From IMG/VR virus record IMGVR_UViG_3300031707_000001, positions 1 through 64,000 of that record: a DNA stretch of 64,000 nucleotides; one strand, 5' to 3'. A program made the translations under genes and the position numbers. Below are positions 46,757 to 56,580 of this stretch, in pieces. Each line of letters opens with the position of its first letter. Within the stretch, counting starts at the first letter, position 1. A model generated the notes under the pieces. It made no database searches. It saw only the letters and a list, made by a program, of their open reading frames with translations, and was not told the origin of the DNA.

Positions 46757-47839
46757 ATGAAGAAAGAATCGAAAGATATTATGATCTCGTTCGACACGAC
46801 AGGGAGCATGTACCCCTGTCTGACCCAAGTGCGGCGCAACGTATCCGCCTTGGTAACCCGGTTGTTCAAGGACATTCCGGACCTGCGAATCGGTATTATT
46901 GCTCACGGTGACTACTGTGACAAGAATCTGACGTACATTACGAAGATGCTGGATCTGACCAACGACAAGGATAAGATCGTCCATTTCGTAAACAACGTGG
47001 AAGCTACAGGGGGTGGAGATTCCCCGGAGTGCTACGAGTTTGTGTTGAACCAGGTACGTACGCTGGCTTCCTGGTCAAGTGGCAAGTCGAAGATCCTGAT
47101 CATGATTGGTGACGATGTGGCGCATAGCCCAAGGGAAACGCAGAACTTCAAGAAGCTGGAATGGCAGAACGAGATCGGCCTGATCAAAGAAGCAGGTATC
47201 AAGGTCTATGCCGTGCAGGCGCTGGGACGCAGCCATGCAACCAGTTTCTGGCGTACAATGGCATTTAAGTCGAACGGCTACTACATCACGCTGAATCAGT
47301 TTGCGGACATTCAGCACATGATCACAGCGGCTGGCTACAAGCAGCGGGGTGACAGTTTCCTGCAGGACTATGAAAAGGAACTGATTACCAATGGTGTGAT
47401 GAACCGGGACCTGGATTCAGCGATCGGTACCATGTTGGGACGAGAAACAAGTTCCAGGTTCAAGGTCAGTCGTACTCGCTTGGGTGCTGTGGACAGTGGA
47501 CGTTTTCAGGTTATGGAAGTGGACGAAAGATGTCCCATCAAGGAATTTGTGGAAGCACAAGGTGTTACATTCAAGGTAGGACGTGGATTCTATGAGTTCA
47601 CGAAGTCATCGGTTATTCAGCACTATAAGGAAGTAATCCTGATGGATAACCGGACTGGTGACCTGTTCAGTGGAGACAAAGCCCGGGAGCTGGCTAACAT
47701 TCCGATCGGGGTAACAGCCAAGCTGGGCCCGACACTGGTACCTGGCTACACAGTATTTGTGCAGTCAACATCATATAACCGGGCGCTCATGCCAGGAACG
47801 AAGTTCCTGTACGAGATTCCGGATTGGGAACGAGTTTAG
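46757..47839 (+). CDS. von Willebrand factor A domain protein
   Basis: FDTTGSM (MIDAS), GDYCD, GGGDSPECYE, IGDD. Confidence 0.85.
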   Translation: MKKESKDIMISFDTTGSMYPCLTQVRRNVSALVTRLFKDIPDLRIGIIAHGDYCDKNLTYITKMLDLTNDKDKIVHFVNNVEATGGGDSPECYEFVLNQVRTLASWSSGKSKILIMIGDDVAHSPRETQNFKKLEWQNEIGLIKEAGIKVYAVQALGRSHATSFWRTMAFKSNGYYITLNQFADIQHMITAAGYKQRGDSFLQDYEKELITNGVMNRDLDSAIGTMLGRETSSRFKVSRTRLGAVDSGRFQVMEVDERCPIKEFVEAQGVTFKVGRGFYEFTKSSVIQHYKEVILMDNRTGDLFSGDKARELANIPIGVTAKLGPTLVPGYTVFVQSTSYNRALMPGTKFLYEIPDWERV

Positions 47840-47842
47840 ATT

Positions 47843-48148
47843 ATGACACTTGACGAGATGAAGGCTTTGTTTGAAAAATACAGTAGTGGTGAAAGCATCG
47901 AATACGTAGCATTCAAACGAGTTAAGAATCCGAAGTGTAAACGTCCTGATATTTGTGCGTTTATTCGTTTGGACGAACTCGTTTCGGGAAAAGCGTACAT
48001 GGTGTCAGCAGCCGAACACGACGAAATCTTTTTAGACGTAGACGTGGAAGAGTTGGCTGCCGTAGTTACAGAAGAGGACATTGTCATGCTGCTACGTTGT
48101 GGAGTACGCTATGACAGTAGCGTGGACTCGTTGGCTATGTTCGTATGA
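47843..48148 (+). CDS. Conserved phage hypothetical protein
   Basis: RPDICAF..SAAEHDEI..LLRCGV. Confidence 0.7.
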   Translation: MTLDEMKALFEKYSSGESIEYVAFKRVKNPKCKRPDICAFIRLDELVSGKAYMVSAAEHDEIFLDVDVEELAAVVTEEDIVMLLRCGVRYDSSVDSLAMFV

Positions 48149-48297
48149 TTTGAATTTGTGGCCTGGGGACATCCCACGCAAAGTGACGTCCGAGTGTGGC
48201 CGGTTGAATAGCCGGCGTGAAGCCTACGGATACGTATGGGTTCATTGGCACTAACCTGGGCCTTATACAACAACCGAAGAAGAAAGAGGAAACGAAA

Positions 48298-48903
48298 ATG
48301 AGCAAAGGATCGATAGTTAGTTTGGGTATCGTGGGTGTTATTGTTTTGCTGCTAATCTGTATCATCTCCTGGTTCATCGGTGTGAAGAATGGAGAAATTA
48401 CGTTGGCTAATCGGTATGAGGCACAGTTCAACGTGGTGGAAACCACACTGGATACCATGCGCAAAACGATCATGAATCAGACCAAGTGTACCCGGGAATG
48501 GGCAGAGAAGTTCATTGCCGTGGTCATGGCACAGGCAGCTGGCAGATCCGGTGTAGTAGCCGGTGGTGCTGAAGCAGGCCCAAATGCCAAGAATGCGGCT
48601 GTAGCGGCCGCTGTAGGGTCAGGGGGTCTAGGTATCAACGTCAGCAGGGAATCGGAGGCGCTAGGCCTAACGCCGGCCCTCTATCAGCAGCTGGCTAATA
48701 GCATCGAAGGGAAACTGGCCGAATTCAAACGGTCCCAGGACACCCTTACGGACATATGGCAGACGCATAAGACGTTCTGTCAGAAGTTCCCGGCCAGCCT
48801 GGTAGTAGGCGACAAAGTGAAGCCCAAGCCCAGGATGATTACATCCGAGGATACGAAGGCTGCAGTGGCCACGGGAGTCATCAGCGACGATCTGATGAAA
48901 TGA
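48298..48903 (+). CDS. Membrane-anchored protein (LemA-like topology)
   Basis: N-terminal TM followed by helical domain; GAGG RBS. Confidence 0.65.
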   Translation: MSKGSIVSLGIVGVIVLLLICIISWFIGVKNGEITLANRYEAQFNVVETTLDTMRKTIMNQTKCTREWAEKFIAVVMAQAAGRSGVVAGGAEAGPNAKNAAVAAAVGSGGLGINVSRESEALGLTPALYQQLANSIEGKLAEFKRSQDTLTDIWQTHKTFCQKFPASLVVGDKVKPKPRMITSEDTKAAVATGVISDDLMK

Positions 48904-48904
48904 T

Positions 48905-50065
48905 ATGTTTCTAGCAATTACAACATTGCTTCCGGCAATCGCCATAGTGGGGATCCTGGCATCCCCACTATGGTGTGTTACTATAGGCCGAGACATGGAT
49001 CAGTATTTGGCTCGGAAGAAATTGCTGATCTTCAGCTTGGCTTCGTTTGTTATGTCCGCTTGCGTGTCCGGAGCGCTTTATGGCTTTGCAGCCATGAGCA
49101 TCATGGATAAGGAAGTATGGCACTTCAAGATCTTTACGATCCGACACGAAGAAGAATGGACGACGCACGAGACTCGGACGGAAACATATACCACAGGCAG
49201 CGGTAAGCATCAAACCACGCATACAAAGACAGTGCACTATACAGAAAACCACGGACCATATTGGACAGCTATAGACGAGCGTAGTAGCGAACATAGGATT
49301 GACTCGTCCGAGTACGATAAGTGGTCCAAGGTATGGGGAAATCAGCTTCAAACGGGCGTGCACAAAGGCAGTTCAGCAGGCTGGGATCGTTCGATAACTG
49401 GCAAGATCTTTGAATGCAAGTGGACCAGAGACTTTGAACGGATTTATCCGTGGGACGAGATACATCACTACAAGAACAAGGTGCGGCATTGCAGTTCTGT
49501 TCTGAAGTACAGGGAACCTACCAAGGAACTAGAAAAGCTGTATCCACGGCCGGCTGAGTCGGGTGACTGTTCACCCGTGTTGTGTTACGGTGCTTCCCTT
49601 GGAGCAGCTGATATACAGCGATTGCGACAGGTTAACGCAGAGTTGGGTCCCAAGTACCTGGTGCATACGCTTTTAGTATTGTTCGGAAAGGATGCAGATC
49701 GTTCGAAGATTGACGATATCCTGAGTGCTTGGAGGAGCGTCAACAAGAATGAATTGGTAACCTTCTTGGCTCTGGATGGTGGATCCACCGTAAGATGGTG
49801 TGAGGTCCAAAGTTGGATGGACGATACTACGATCCATGCTACGTTAAGGGATGCCTTGGTAGCTGAACCGTTTACGGCCAGGCGATATTCCGACCTGTTG
49901 ATGCAGTACGTGCCGAAGCAGTGGAAGAAAAAGAACTTCCACGATTTCGACTATCTGCGGGTTGAAATACCGATAGGATGGAAGGTGATAGCAATACTGG
50001 TCGTGATTGGTGGATTGGTAGGCATCTTTGTTGTTGTAGACCAAAAAGTAACGTTGTCATGGTAA
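48905..50065 (+). CDS. Multi-TM membrane protein
   Basis: Two N-terminal and one C-terminal hydrophobic helices. Confidence 0.75.
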   Translation: MFLAITTLLPAIAIVGILASPLWCVTIGRDMDQYLARKKLLIFSLASFVMSACVSGALYGFAAMSIMDKEVWHFKIFTIRHEEEWTTHETRTETYTTGSGKHQTTHTKTVHYTENHGPYWTAIDERSSEHRIDSSEYDKWSKVWGNQLQTGVHKGSSAGWDRSITGKIFECKWTRDFERIYPWDEIHHYKNKVRHCSSVLKYREPTKELEKLYPRPAESGDCSPVLCYGASLGAADIQRLRQVNAELGPKYLVHTLLVLFGKDADRSKIDDILSAWRSVNKNELVTFLALDGGSTVRWCEVQSWMDDTTIHATLRDALVAEPFTARRYSDLLMQYVPKQWKKKNFHDFDYLRVEIPIGWKVIAILVVIGGLVGIFVVVDQKVTLSW

Positions 50066-50073
50066 GGAGGCGT

Positions 50074-50556
50074 ATGTTCGCACGTAGTCAGTCTATCAAA
50101 AGGTATGTGGCAGAACACTCTCCGAAGAGTTTTGCCAGGCGGATTGAAAGCCGCAATCGAAAACTTCTGAATGCGTTGTTGAAAATAGGTCCGAAAGTGA
50201 CGACCTATACGCATGTGTGGATAAACAACGGATGTCCTCATTGCAATGAGTACAATTGCCAAAGATGCCTGTGGACAACTGCTGCAGAGAAATTTGCACT
50301 TGACGAGACAACAGGCTGTTCAGATTGTTGTGACACGGAATTTGGTGGAGTATCTTATTGTGATGTGACTGGGGAAGATACTCAATATTATTGGGTTGAG
50401 TATAAGGATTGCGGAGCATCCTTGCATACAAGAGATACTCGTGACCTGCGGCAAGGTTGCCCAACTCCAAAAGAGGAATACGACAATCTTGTGGCCTTTT
50501 TGAAAGGGCATATTGCCTGGGCACAATGGGAATGCTGGGGAAAGAAATACAAATAG
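50074..50556 (+). CDS. Hypothetical protein
   Basis: AAGGAGG RBS; stop overlaps tRNA-Val. Confidence 0.65.
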   Translation: MFARSQSIKRYVAEHSPKSFARRIESRNRKLLNALLKIGPKVTTYTHVWINNGCPHCNEYNCQRCLWTTAAEKFALDETTGCSDCCDTEFGGVSYCDVTGEDTQYYWVEYKDCGASLHTRDTRDLRQGCPTPKEEYDNLVAFLKGHIAWAQWECWGKKYK

Positions 50557-50630
50557 GCGGTTAACTCAGTTGGTAGAGTGTCAGATCTACACTCTGAATG
50601 TCACAGGTTCAAGTCCTGTACCGCCTACCA
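50555..50630 (+). tRNA. tRNA-Val(UAC), C33
   Basis: Loop TC-TAC-AC, A73, CCA. Confidence 0.88.
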
Positions 50631-50631
50631 T

Positions 50632-50708
50632 GTGCCTGTAGCTCAATTGGACAGAGCATCTGACTACGGATCAGAAGGTTGCAGGTTCGATTCCTGCCAG
50701 GCACGCCA
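50632..50708 (+). tRNA. tRNA-Arg(ACG)
   Basis: Loop CT-ACG-GA, CCA. Confidence 0.95.
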
Positions 50709-50720
50709 TTAGGAGTAAGT

Positions 50721-51137
50721 ATGAAGTTTGTTGAAGTTGCAGAAAGCATAGCCCGAGTGGCTCACGAAGGCCAGGTTCGAAAACTGGGCGAGGAAAAGGG
50801 TAAACCTTACATTGTTCATCCAGAACGGATAGCAGCAAAGGTTGAAGGAGATACGTTGAAGTCGATAGCCTGGCTTCACGATGTGTTGGAAGATTGCCCC
50901 GCTTACACGTCTCTAACGTTGGCTGTGGCCGGCATACCTGAAGACGTGATCGATGTGGTTAAGTTGTTGACCCGTCGTCCGGGGGTTCCTTATCTGGAAT
51001 ATTTGTTGGGCGTAGTCACTAACGACTATGCAATTGAAGTCAAACTGATGGATCTCGAAGATAATCTTCGGACGTGTCCACCCGGCAATATGAGGGACAA
51101 GTACGAGTTGGCTAAGTACATACTGGAGAATTACTAG
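50721..51137 (+). CDS. HD-domain hydrolase (SpoT/Mesh1-like)
   Basis: AHEGQVRK..PYIVHP..AWLHDVLED..KLMD. Confidence 0.85.
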   Translation: MKFVEVAESIARVAHEGQVRKLGEEKGKPYIVHPERIAAKVEGDTLKSIAWLHDVLEDCPAYTSLTLAVAGIPEDVIDVVKLLTRRPGVPYLEYLLGVVTNDYAIEVKLMDLEDNLRTCPPGNMRDKYELAKYILENY

Positions 51138-51138
51138 T

Positions 51139-51381
51139 ATGGCTGATTTTTGCACAAACTGTGTACGAGAAATGTTTGGCGCCAAAGATGACCAGGGGCT
51201 CAAACCAGACATTGACGTGAAGAAGATCTTCAAGAAGCTGAAGAAGGACCACTATGCCGAGGTACTTTGTGAAGGATGTGGCATGGTAGCTATAGGGAAC
51301 ATGGATGGAAAATTGAAGGTGCGTTATATCAACAGTTGTGAATGGCACGACTATGGGAGGCAATTACGAAAGTCCAAGTAA
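51139..51381 (+). CDS. Conserved phage hypothetical protein
   Basis: MADFCTNC..LCEGCG. Confidence 0.65.
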   Translation: MADFCTNCVREMFGAKDDQGLKPDIDVKKIFKKLKKDHYAEVLCEGCGMVAIGNMDGKLKVRYINSCEWHDYGRQLRKSK

Positions 51382-51548
51382 CATTTAAGCATCCTGATGT
51401 CACATTCGATGCACTCGAAGCTGTAAAGAACGAAGACGATCATGATAAGCTGGAACGTGTGTTCATGAAGTTCATCGAATTCGGAGAATACCTTAGAGTT
51501 GAGTTTGACACAGAAGCCCAAACGGCAACTGTGATTACTTGTAAATAG
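51342..51548 (+). CDS. Hypothetical protein
   Basis: EYLRVEFDTE; stop overlaps tRNA-Ser. Confidence 0.55.
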   Translation: MARLWEAITKVQVTFKHPDVTFDALEAVKNEDDHDKLERVFMKFIEFGEYLRVEFDTEAQTATVITCK

Positions 51549-51639
51549 GCGGGGTAGGCTAATAGCGGAAGTCAACAGTCTTGAAAACTGTCGGTCCTCG
51601 AAAGAGGCCATGGGGGTTCGAATCCCTCTCCCGCCGCCA
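51548..51639 (+). tRNA. tRNA-Ser(UGA)
   Basis: Loop CT-TGA-AA, long V arm, G73, CCA. Confidence 0.92.
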
Positions 51640-51640
51640 C

Positions 51641-51727
51641 GGAAGTGTGTGCCGAACAGTAAGGCAGCAGGCTGCTATCCTGCCTCCCGCAAGGGAATTG
51701 CACGTGCAAATCGTGCCGCTTCCGCCA
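51641..51727 (+). tRNA. tRNA-Ser(GCU)
   Basis: Loop CT-GCT-AT, V arm, T loop TGCAAAT, G73, CCA. Confidence 0.88.
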
Positions 51728-51927
51728 CTTTGAGAAGGAGTAGTTATGTATCTTATTTTTTGTGAGTACGACGAATACTGTCAAGGTTGGGAGGCAACCT
51801 CTGGCTACTTTCTGGTGTATGCTGATAGTTTTGAGGCAGCCTGTAATAAGTTAAGTCAATGTTATAGCCCGCTTGATTACACGGCCTTTCGAAACTTCAA
51901 GGACTGTACGATCAAATAGGAGGTTTT

Positions 51928-52239
51928 GTGGACAAGAAGAAGTTTGTTGAATGTGTGAACGCAAAGATGGAAAAAGACCTGGTCGAATGGGCCGGCACAA
52001 CGGTGATAAAAGAATTGGGTAGGCGTAAGAAGCTCATTGAGAAAATGAGCAAAGAATATCTGGAATCTCCGGAAGGTCAAAAGTATCTACACCGGCGTGT
52101 GCTGGAGACTGTGCGTTCCTACATCGACGATGTAGGAGACGTTTTCGATTACAGCTTTTGGGATAAGTTAATACGCCATGCGGTTACGTCTTCGTTCAAA
52201 CCTGAAATTCTAAAACTCGTCTTGAAAAACAAGAGGTAG
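51928..52239 (+). CDS. Hypothetical protein
   Basis: AGGAGG RBS, GTG start. Confidence 0.6.
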   Translation: MDKKKFVECVNAKMEKDLVEWAGTTVIKELGRRKKLIEKMSKEYLESPEGQKYLHRRVLETVRSYIDDVGDVFDYSFWDKLIRHAVTSSFKPEILKLVLKNKR

Positions 52240-52244
52240 AAGAA

Positions 52245-52460
52245 ATGGCGTACAAGTTCAATAATGGAACAGGCGCTGTGATTTGTGATCACTGCGGCAT
52301 TACGATTGACGAAGGTCTTAGCTACACGGAATACGAAGAATGTTATGGAAGCGAGCAGAAGAAGGACTACTGCACCAGATGCTTCCACCCGGCAAACCGA
52401 CAGAAAGTTAAGGAGGAATCCGATGGCGAGCGATTTGATAGTGCCCGTTGTGAAGCTTGA
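52245..52460 (+). CDS. Hypothetical Zn-ribbon protein
   Basis: KFNNGTGAVICDHC. Confidence 0.6.
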   Translation: MAYKFNNGTGAVICDHCGITIDEGLSYTEYEECYGSEQKKDYCTRCFHPANRQKVKEESDGERFDSARCEA

Positions 52461-53547
52461 ACAGTTGAGACCTCACCCCAATGCTGACAAGTTGGAGTTG
52501 GTCAACGTATTGGGATACCAGATGTGTGTGCCCAAAGGATTGCACAAGGATGGCGACGTCATGGTGTACTTCCCTGCGGATACACTTATTCCGGCTACGT
52601 GGGCGGATTCTTTTGGCGTACGCAAGTACCTGAAGGGTAAGGATCAGGATCGTGTCGGCCGAATCAAGCTGCGGGGTGAGCCTTCGTTTGGACTGGTAGT
52701 CCAGCCGCCTAAGCTACCTGCTGATGTAAAATTCAATGTTGGCGACAATGTGGCTGACTACTATGGTGCCAAGAAGTACGAGCCGCCGGTTCGTGCTACT
52801 GCCGGCGATGCTGCTGCCCGGGATCCTTTGATCGATCCATTCTTTGAGCAGTTCACGGACGTGCAGAACGGACGTATGTTTACGGATATCTTCGTTGATG
52901 GCGAGGAAGTCATCTGCACGGAGAAGATCCACGGTACCAACTGCAAGGTTGGATGTATTGATGGTAAGCCTGTGGCTGGATCTATGGGCGTACGCAGAAA
53001 GCGTCCAACAAAATTATTTGAAGGTCAGGAAATTCCTTGTAAACTAACTGATGATGCAATTGCTACAAACACCTATTGGTTTCCGTTTAGCCTTCCTGGT
53101 GTTAGAAGCCTCATGTCTGACTTTGCAGAACAGGAAATCAAAGAGCCTGTACTGCTCTACGGAGAAGTATATGGTGGTAGTATACAGAGTCTGGACTACG
53201 GTATACCTAAAGGTAAGGGCTTGGGCTTTCGAGCATTTGGACTCAAAGTCAATGGTAGGTTTTTGGACTGGGACGTTTTCGCAGATACATGTATAAAATA
53301 TGGTGTTAAGATGGTTCCAGTTCTTGGGCGTGGCCCTTTCAGTATGGAGAAGGCCAAACACTATGCAGACGGAACATCTGTTCTTTGGACCGATGCGGGA
53401 GTTAAGGTAGAACATATGCGTGAAGGTTGTGTAATCTATCCGGTCAAGGAACGTGAACACCCGAAGATCGGGCGGGTCATCCTAAAGTATATCGGAACCG
53501 AGTATGAGCTTAGCAAACACAAAGAACAAGACACAAAGGACGTTTGA
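52423..53547 (+). CDS. RNA ligase, DRB0094 family
   Basis: N-terminal OB-like HPNADKLE; motif I TEKIHGTN, YGEVYG, REGCVI, LKYI. Confidence 0.9.
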   Translation: MASDLIVPVVKLEQLRPHPNADKLELVNVLGYQMCVPKGLHKDGDVMVYFPADTLIPATWADSFGVRKYLKGKDQDRVGRIKLRGEPSFGLVVQPPKLPADVKFNVGDNVADYYGAKKYEPPVRATAGDAAARDPLIDPFFEQFTDVQNGRMFTDIFVDGEEVICTEKIHGTNCKVGCIDGKPVAGSMGVRRKRPTKLFEGQEIPCKLTDDAIATNTYWFPFSLPGVRSLMSDFAEQEIKEPVLLYGEVYGGSIQSLDYGIPKGKGLGFRAFGLKVNGRFLDWDVFADTCIKYGVKMVPVLGRGPFSMEKAKHYADGTSVLWTDAGVKVEHMREGCVIYPVKEREHPKIGRVILKYIGTEYELSKHKEQDTKDV

Positions 53548-53646
53548 TTATGGGTACAAAGAAAGCCAAGATAGTGGAGAAGACCAATAGCACAAAACGT
53601 TTGGAGGCCGTCAAGCGGGCACAAAAAGTTGTTGCCTGTTTGATGC

Positions 53647-54006
53647 GTGATCTCGATCGCTTTGACAAGGAAATCGACAAGCTGGCCAAAGAGGTTAACA
53701 TCATTGAAAACGGACCAACCAAAAACTGACGGACTGTTCAAAAGGTGTCCCGGATACAAGACCAATTTTGATACGCTGTGCGGGGCGATCAAAAACGAGG
53801 ATGTCTGCATTGCAGCTTGTACCGACAAAGCCACAGGAAAAGAGGTGGCTGTTATATGCGCCGTTATGCGCAAAGTCGGCGGAGATTACGTACTAATCCC
53901 GATGGCCAAAATGTTTGACGGTAATCCATACGAAGAGGTAAATCCACCAGGGAAGGAAGAAGAACATGGCAAAAGCAAAGCCGAGTCTGTATGCGCCACC
54001 AATTGA
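53647..54006 (+). CDS. Hypothetical protein (start uncertain)
   Basis: VLIPMAKMFDGNPYEE. Confidence 0.5.
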   Translation: MISIALTRKSTSWPKRLTSLKTDQPKTDGLFKRCPGYKTNFDTLCGAIKNEDVCIAACTDKATGKEVAVICAVMRKVGGDYVLIPMAKMFDGNPYEEVNPPGKEEEHGKSKAESVCATN

Positions 54007-54169
54007 GGCATCAGATCTGAAGAGGGGCAAGTATGCCGGTTATTGCAAAGGCTGCAGTGGTCTTCTTTGCGAATTGGACAAAGTCGACGACGGATATAAA
54101 TGTCCACGTTGTGGTACAACGGTAAAAACCCCCGAGAAGACCAAGAAGGAAAGTACAACGTGGTCATGA
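53966..54169 (+). CDS. Hypothetical Zn-ribbon protein
   Basis: CKGC and CPRC. Confidence 0.55.
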   Translation: MAKAKPSLYAPPIEASDLKRGKYAGYCKGCSGLLCELDKVDDGYKCPRCGTTVKTPEKTKKESTTWS

Positions 54170-54364
54170 GAGATTTGAATGAAGATCTGTTGTACTTAGT
54201 GGTCTTGGATGACCAGACGTTTGTACGCAAGATGCGGTGGGACCAGATGTGGCATCTGGTGAACGGTAATCCTGCCATGCCTTTCCTCAAGGCGGGATAC
54301 AAACGCATTAGCTCACGCAGAGCCAGGGCGTTAATTCGACGTAAGGAAAAGTCCGGATTCTAGT

Positions 54365-54438
54365 ACGGCAGTGGTATACAGGCTGTGCCCAGCTCTCCAA
54401 AAGCTGTGAAGTAGGTTCAACTCCTACCTGCCGTGCCA
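54365..54438 (+). tRNA. tRNA-Trp(CCA)
   Basis: Loop CT-CCA-AA, G73, CCA. Confidence 0.9.
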
Positions 54439-54440
54439 GT

Positions 54441-54516
54441 GGGCCCGTGATGCAACGGCAGACAGGGCAGACTTAAAATCTGTTTCTTGTGGGTTCGAAT
54501 CCCACCGGGCCTACCA
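54441..54516 (+). tRNA. tRNA-Leu(UAA) with short variable loop
   Basis: Loop CT-TAA-AA, 5-nt V loop TTCTT, A73, CCA. Confidence 0.88.
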
Positions 54517-54718
54517 ATTTAGGAGCCAATTGTGACTGAAAAGAAGCTTACCAGAGGTGAGAAAAACAAAAAGCGGCATCGACTACAGCTTTTGCTCCGG
54601 CCAAAAACCCAGCGATGCGAACTATGTGGGGGACAGATGGCGTGGTGTACTACTTGTCAAACATGGACCCGCATATGTTGCGTAGACTACGGGACTTGCA
54701 TGTGCAGCTAACCTTTGT

Positions 54719-54780
54719 GGGTGCGTAGCTCAGTGGTAGAGCCATGGAAACCGTGGGTTCGAATCCCGCCGCATCCACCG
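54719..54780 (+). ncRNA. Anticodon-less tRNA-Ala-like RNA
   Basis: GGGTGCG/CGCATCC (G3.U70), A73, canonical D and T arms joined by about 9 nt; ends CCG. Confidence 0.75.
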
Positions 54781-54952
54781 ATCTTTGAAGGAAACCCGAA
54801 TGAACAAAGGAACATATGAGCAGAATAACATTAGGAATAGGGGCTATAAACTTTTTCGCACTTAGTTTTATAATGCCAGACAGTGAACAGCATATATGTC
54901 TGATGTTTGCACTGTTGTGTGCAATACTAGCTACAAGTGTTAGGAACCCTAA

Positions 54953-55156
54953 ATGACCAAAGAAGAGATGATACAGTGGATTGATAATGCTAGCTATGAA
55001 GACTTGCTTAGGAAGTGGCGGTTTGCTGATGTGGCAAATCCCTTCTTCTGCGCTGAAGTAGGTGCACATTACAAAGAGGTTATGTTCAAGCGCCGTGATG
55101 AAGTGGGACCTGAAGCAGCCGTGGCAGCAAGCAAGTCCGTAGGATGGGATAACTAG
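54953..55156 (+). CDS. Conserved phage hypothetical protein
   Basis: WIDNASYEDLLRKWRFA. Confidence 0.65.
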   Translation: MTKEEMIQWIDNASYEDLLRKWRFADVANPFFCAEVGAHYKEVMFKRRDEVGPEAAVAASKSVGWDN

Positions 55157-55678
55157 ATGACACAAGAACAAGAGCTGAAAGTAGTAGAACTTTGCAAGCA
55201 GTTTATGATGGTGGCGGAAGAGGTCAACTTGACCTTCATTGATCTGTGTAAGATCAGGGACAAGTACTTCCCAATCATCAATGGGCGTCGGGTACAAAAC
55301 CCCGCCGACATAGCAAAGAGCATTCAGATACTGGACGAACACAAGAAGAACCTGCAGGCCGTACTGACTGATACAATGGGTGTAAAATTCGAAGGGGAAC
55401 TGGTAACCGGGCATAAGTCTGATGCTAAAATACAGGCAGCTAAGCCTGTTGCAGCACTTCCGGCAGCGCCTTTGGAAGTACCCCAGGATGCAGTGATTTT
55501 GGATCAGTTCATCCTTGACTACAAAATGGGTGGTCCCAAGACCAAGTGGAAGGTGCGTCAGGTAATAGCCGAAGCACGAAAGACAGGATCCATATCCAAA
55601 AAGAACGTAGAGTATTTGAAGAAGGTTGCCAAAGGCGAACCTACAGATAAGTTCATTGCTACGCTGAAGGTAGAGTAA
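55157..55678 (+). CDS. Hypothetical protein
   Basis: 173 aa. Confidence 0.7.
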   Translation: MTQEQELKVVELCKQFMMVAEEVNLTFIDLCKIRDKYFPIINGRRVQNPADIAKSIQILDEHKKNLQAVLTDTMGVKFEGELVTGHKSDAKIQAAKPVAALPAAPLEVPQDAVILDQFILDYKMGGPKTKWKVRQVIAEARKTGSISKKNVEYLKKVAKGEPTDKFIATLKVE

Positions 55679-55682
55679 TTCT

Positions 55683-56375
55683 ATGATCATTGTTGCTGGA
55701 GATATACACGGGGATTTTGGAAGCTTGAATGCCATGATAAACAAGCAGAATCCAGAGATCATTTTGCAATGTGGAGATTTCGGATTTTGGCCCGCTATGC
55801 GTCCACAGGACTTCTACGGACCTACCGGCCACAAAAATGCCAAGCTTCCAATTCCCAGGGTGGGTAAGACCAAGGTATACTGGTGCGATGGAAACCACGA
55901 GGATCATCATTCGTTGATTGCACGTAAGACCAACGAGTTGTGGCCTAACGTATTCTATCAGCCTAGGGCTTCCACACTGCAACTGCCGGACGGTCGCACA
56001 GTGTTGTTTATGGGTGGCGCCGATTCCTACGACAAACCGTATCGGACTCCGAACATAGATTGGTTCCAGGAAGAACTGATTACTCAGGCCGATATGGATC
56101 GGTTGCCCAAGTGCAAAGTGGACATCGTTATAAGTCATACCTGCCCTTGTGAGTTTGTAATGGGAATGGGGCTTGGTTTTGATCTACGGCTTAACGATCC
56201 ATGCCGGCACGCATTGTCTATGATTCTACACGAATACAAGCCAGCGCTCTGGTACTTTGGGCATTGGCACAAAAACATAACATATTACGATAGCGAATGG
56301 GGTTGTCGGTGGACGGCATTAAGCCATACAACCGGCGGAGGGTCTGGCCGCTGGTGGGAGGAACTACGAACATGA
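55683..56375 (+). CDS. Calcineurin-like metallophosphoesterase
   Basis: GDIHG, GDFG, GNHE, SHT and GHWH motifs. Confidence 0.88.
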   Translation: MIIVAGDIHGDFGSLNAMINKQNPEIILQCGDFGFWPAMRPQDFYGPTGHKNAKLPIPRVGKTKVYWCDGNHEDHHSLIARKTNELWPNVFYQPRASTLQLPDGRTVLFMGGADSYDKPYRTPNIDWFQEELITQADMDRLPKCKVDIVISHTCPCEFVMGMGLGFDLRLNDPCRHALSMILHEYKPALWYFGHWHKNITYYDSEWGCRWTALSHTTGGGSGRWWEELRT

Positions 56376-56580
56376 TAACTGAAGTAGAAAGTCAAGCTGA
56401 ACTGAAGTCAATTGTCCGTTTGATTGGAGCAGCAGTACGCCATTCTTGGGAGAGATACGAGGCTACGGAAGACTCCGAAATGTTGGCGATCCTTTCAGAT
56501 TTGGATAAAGCCAAAAATGCAATTACATCTCACATTAAGATGTTTCAGGTCTTATCGAAAGATCTCAAGGAACACCAAAC

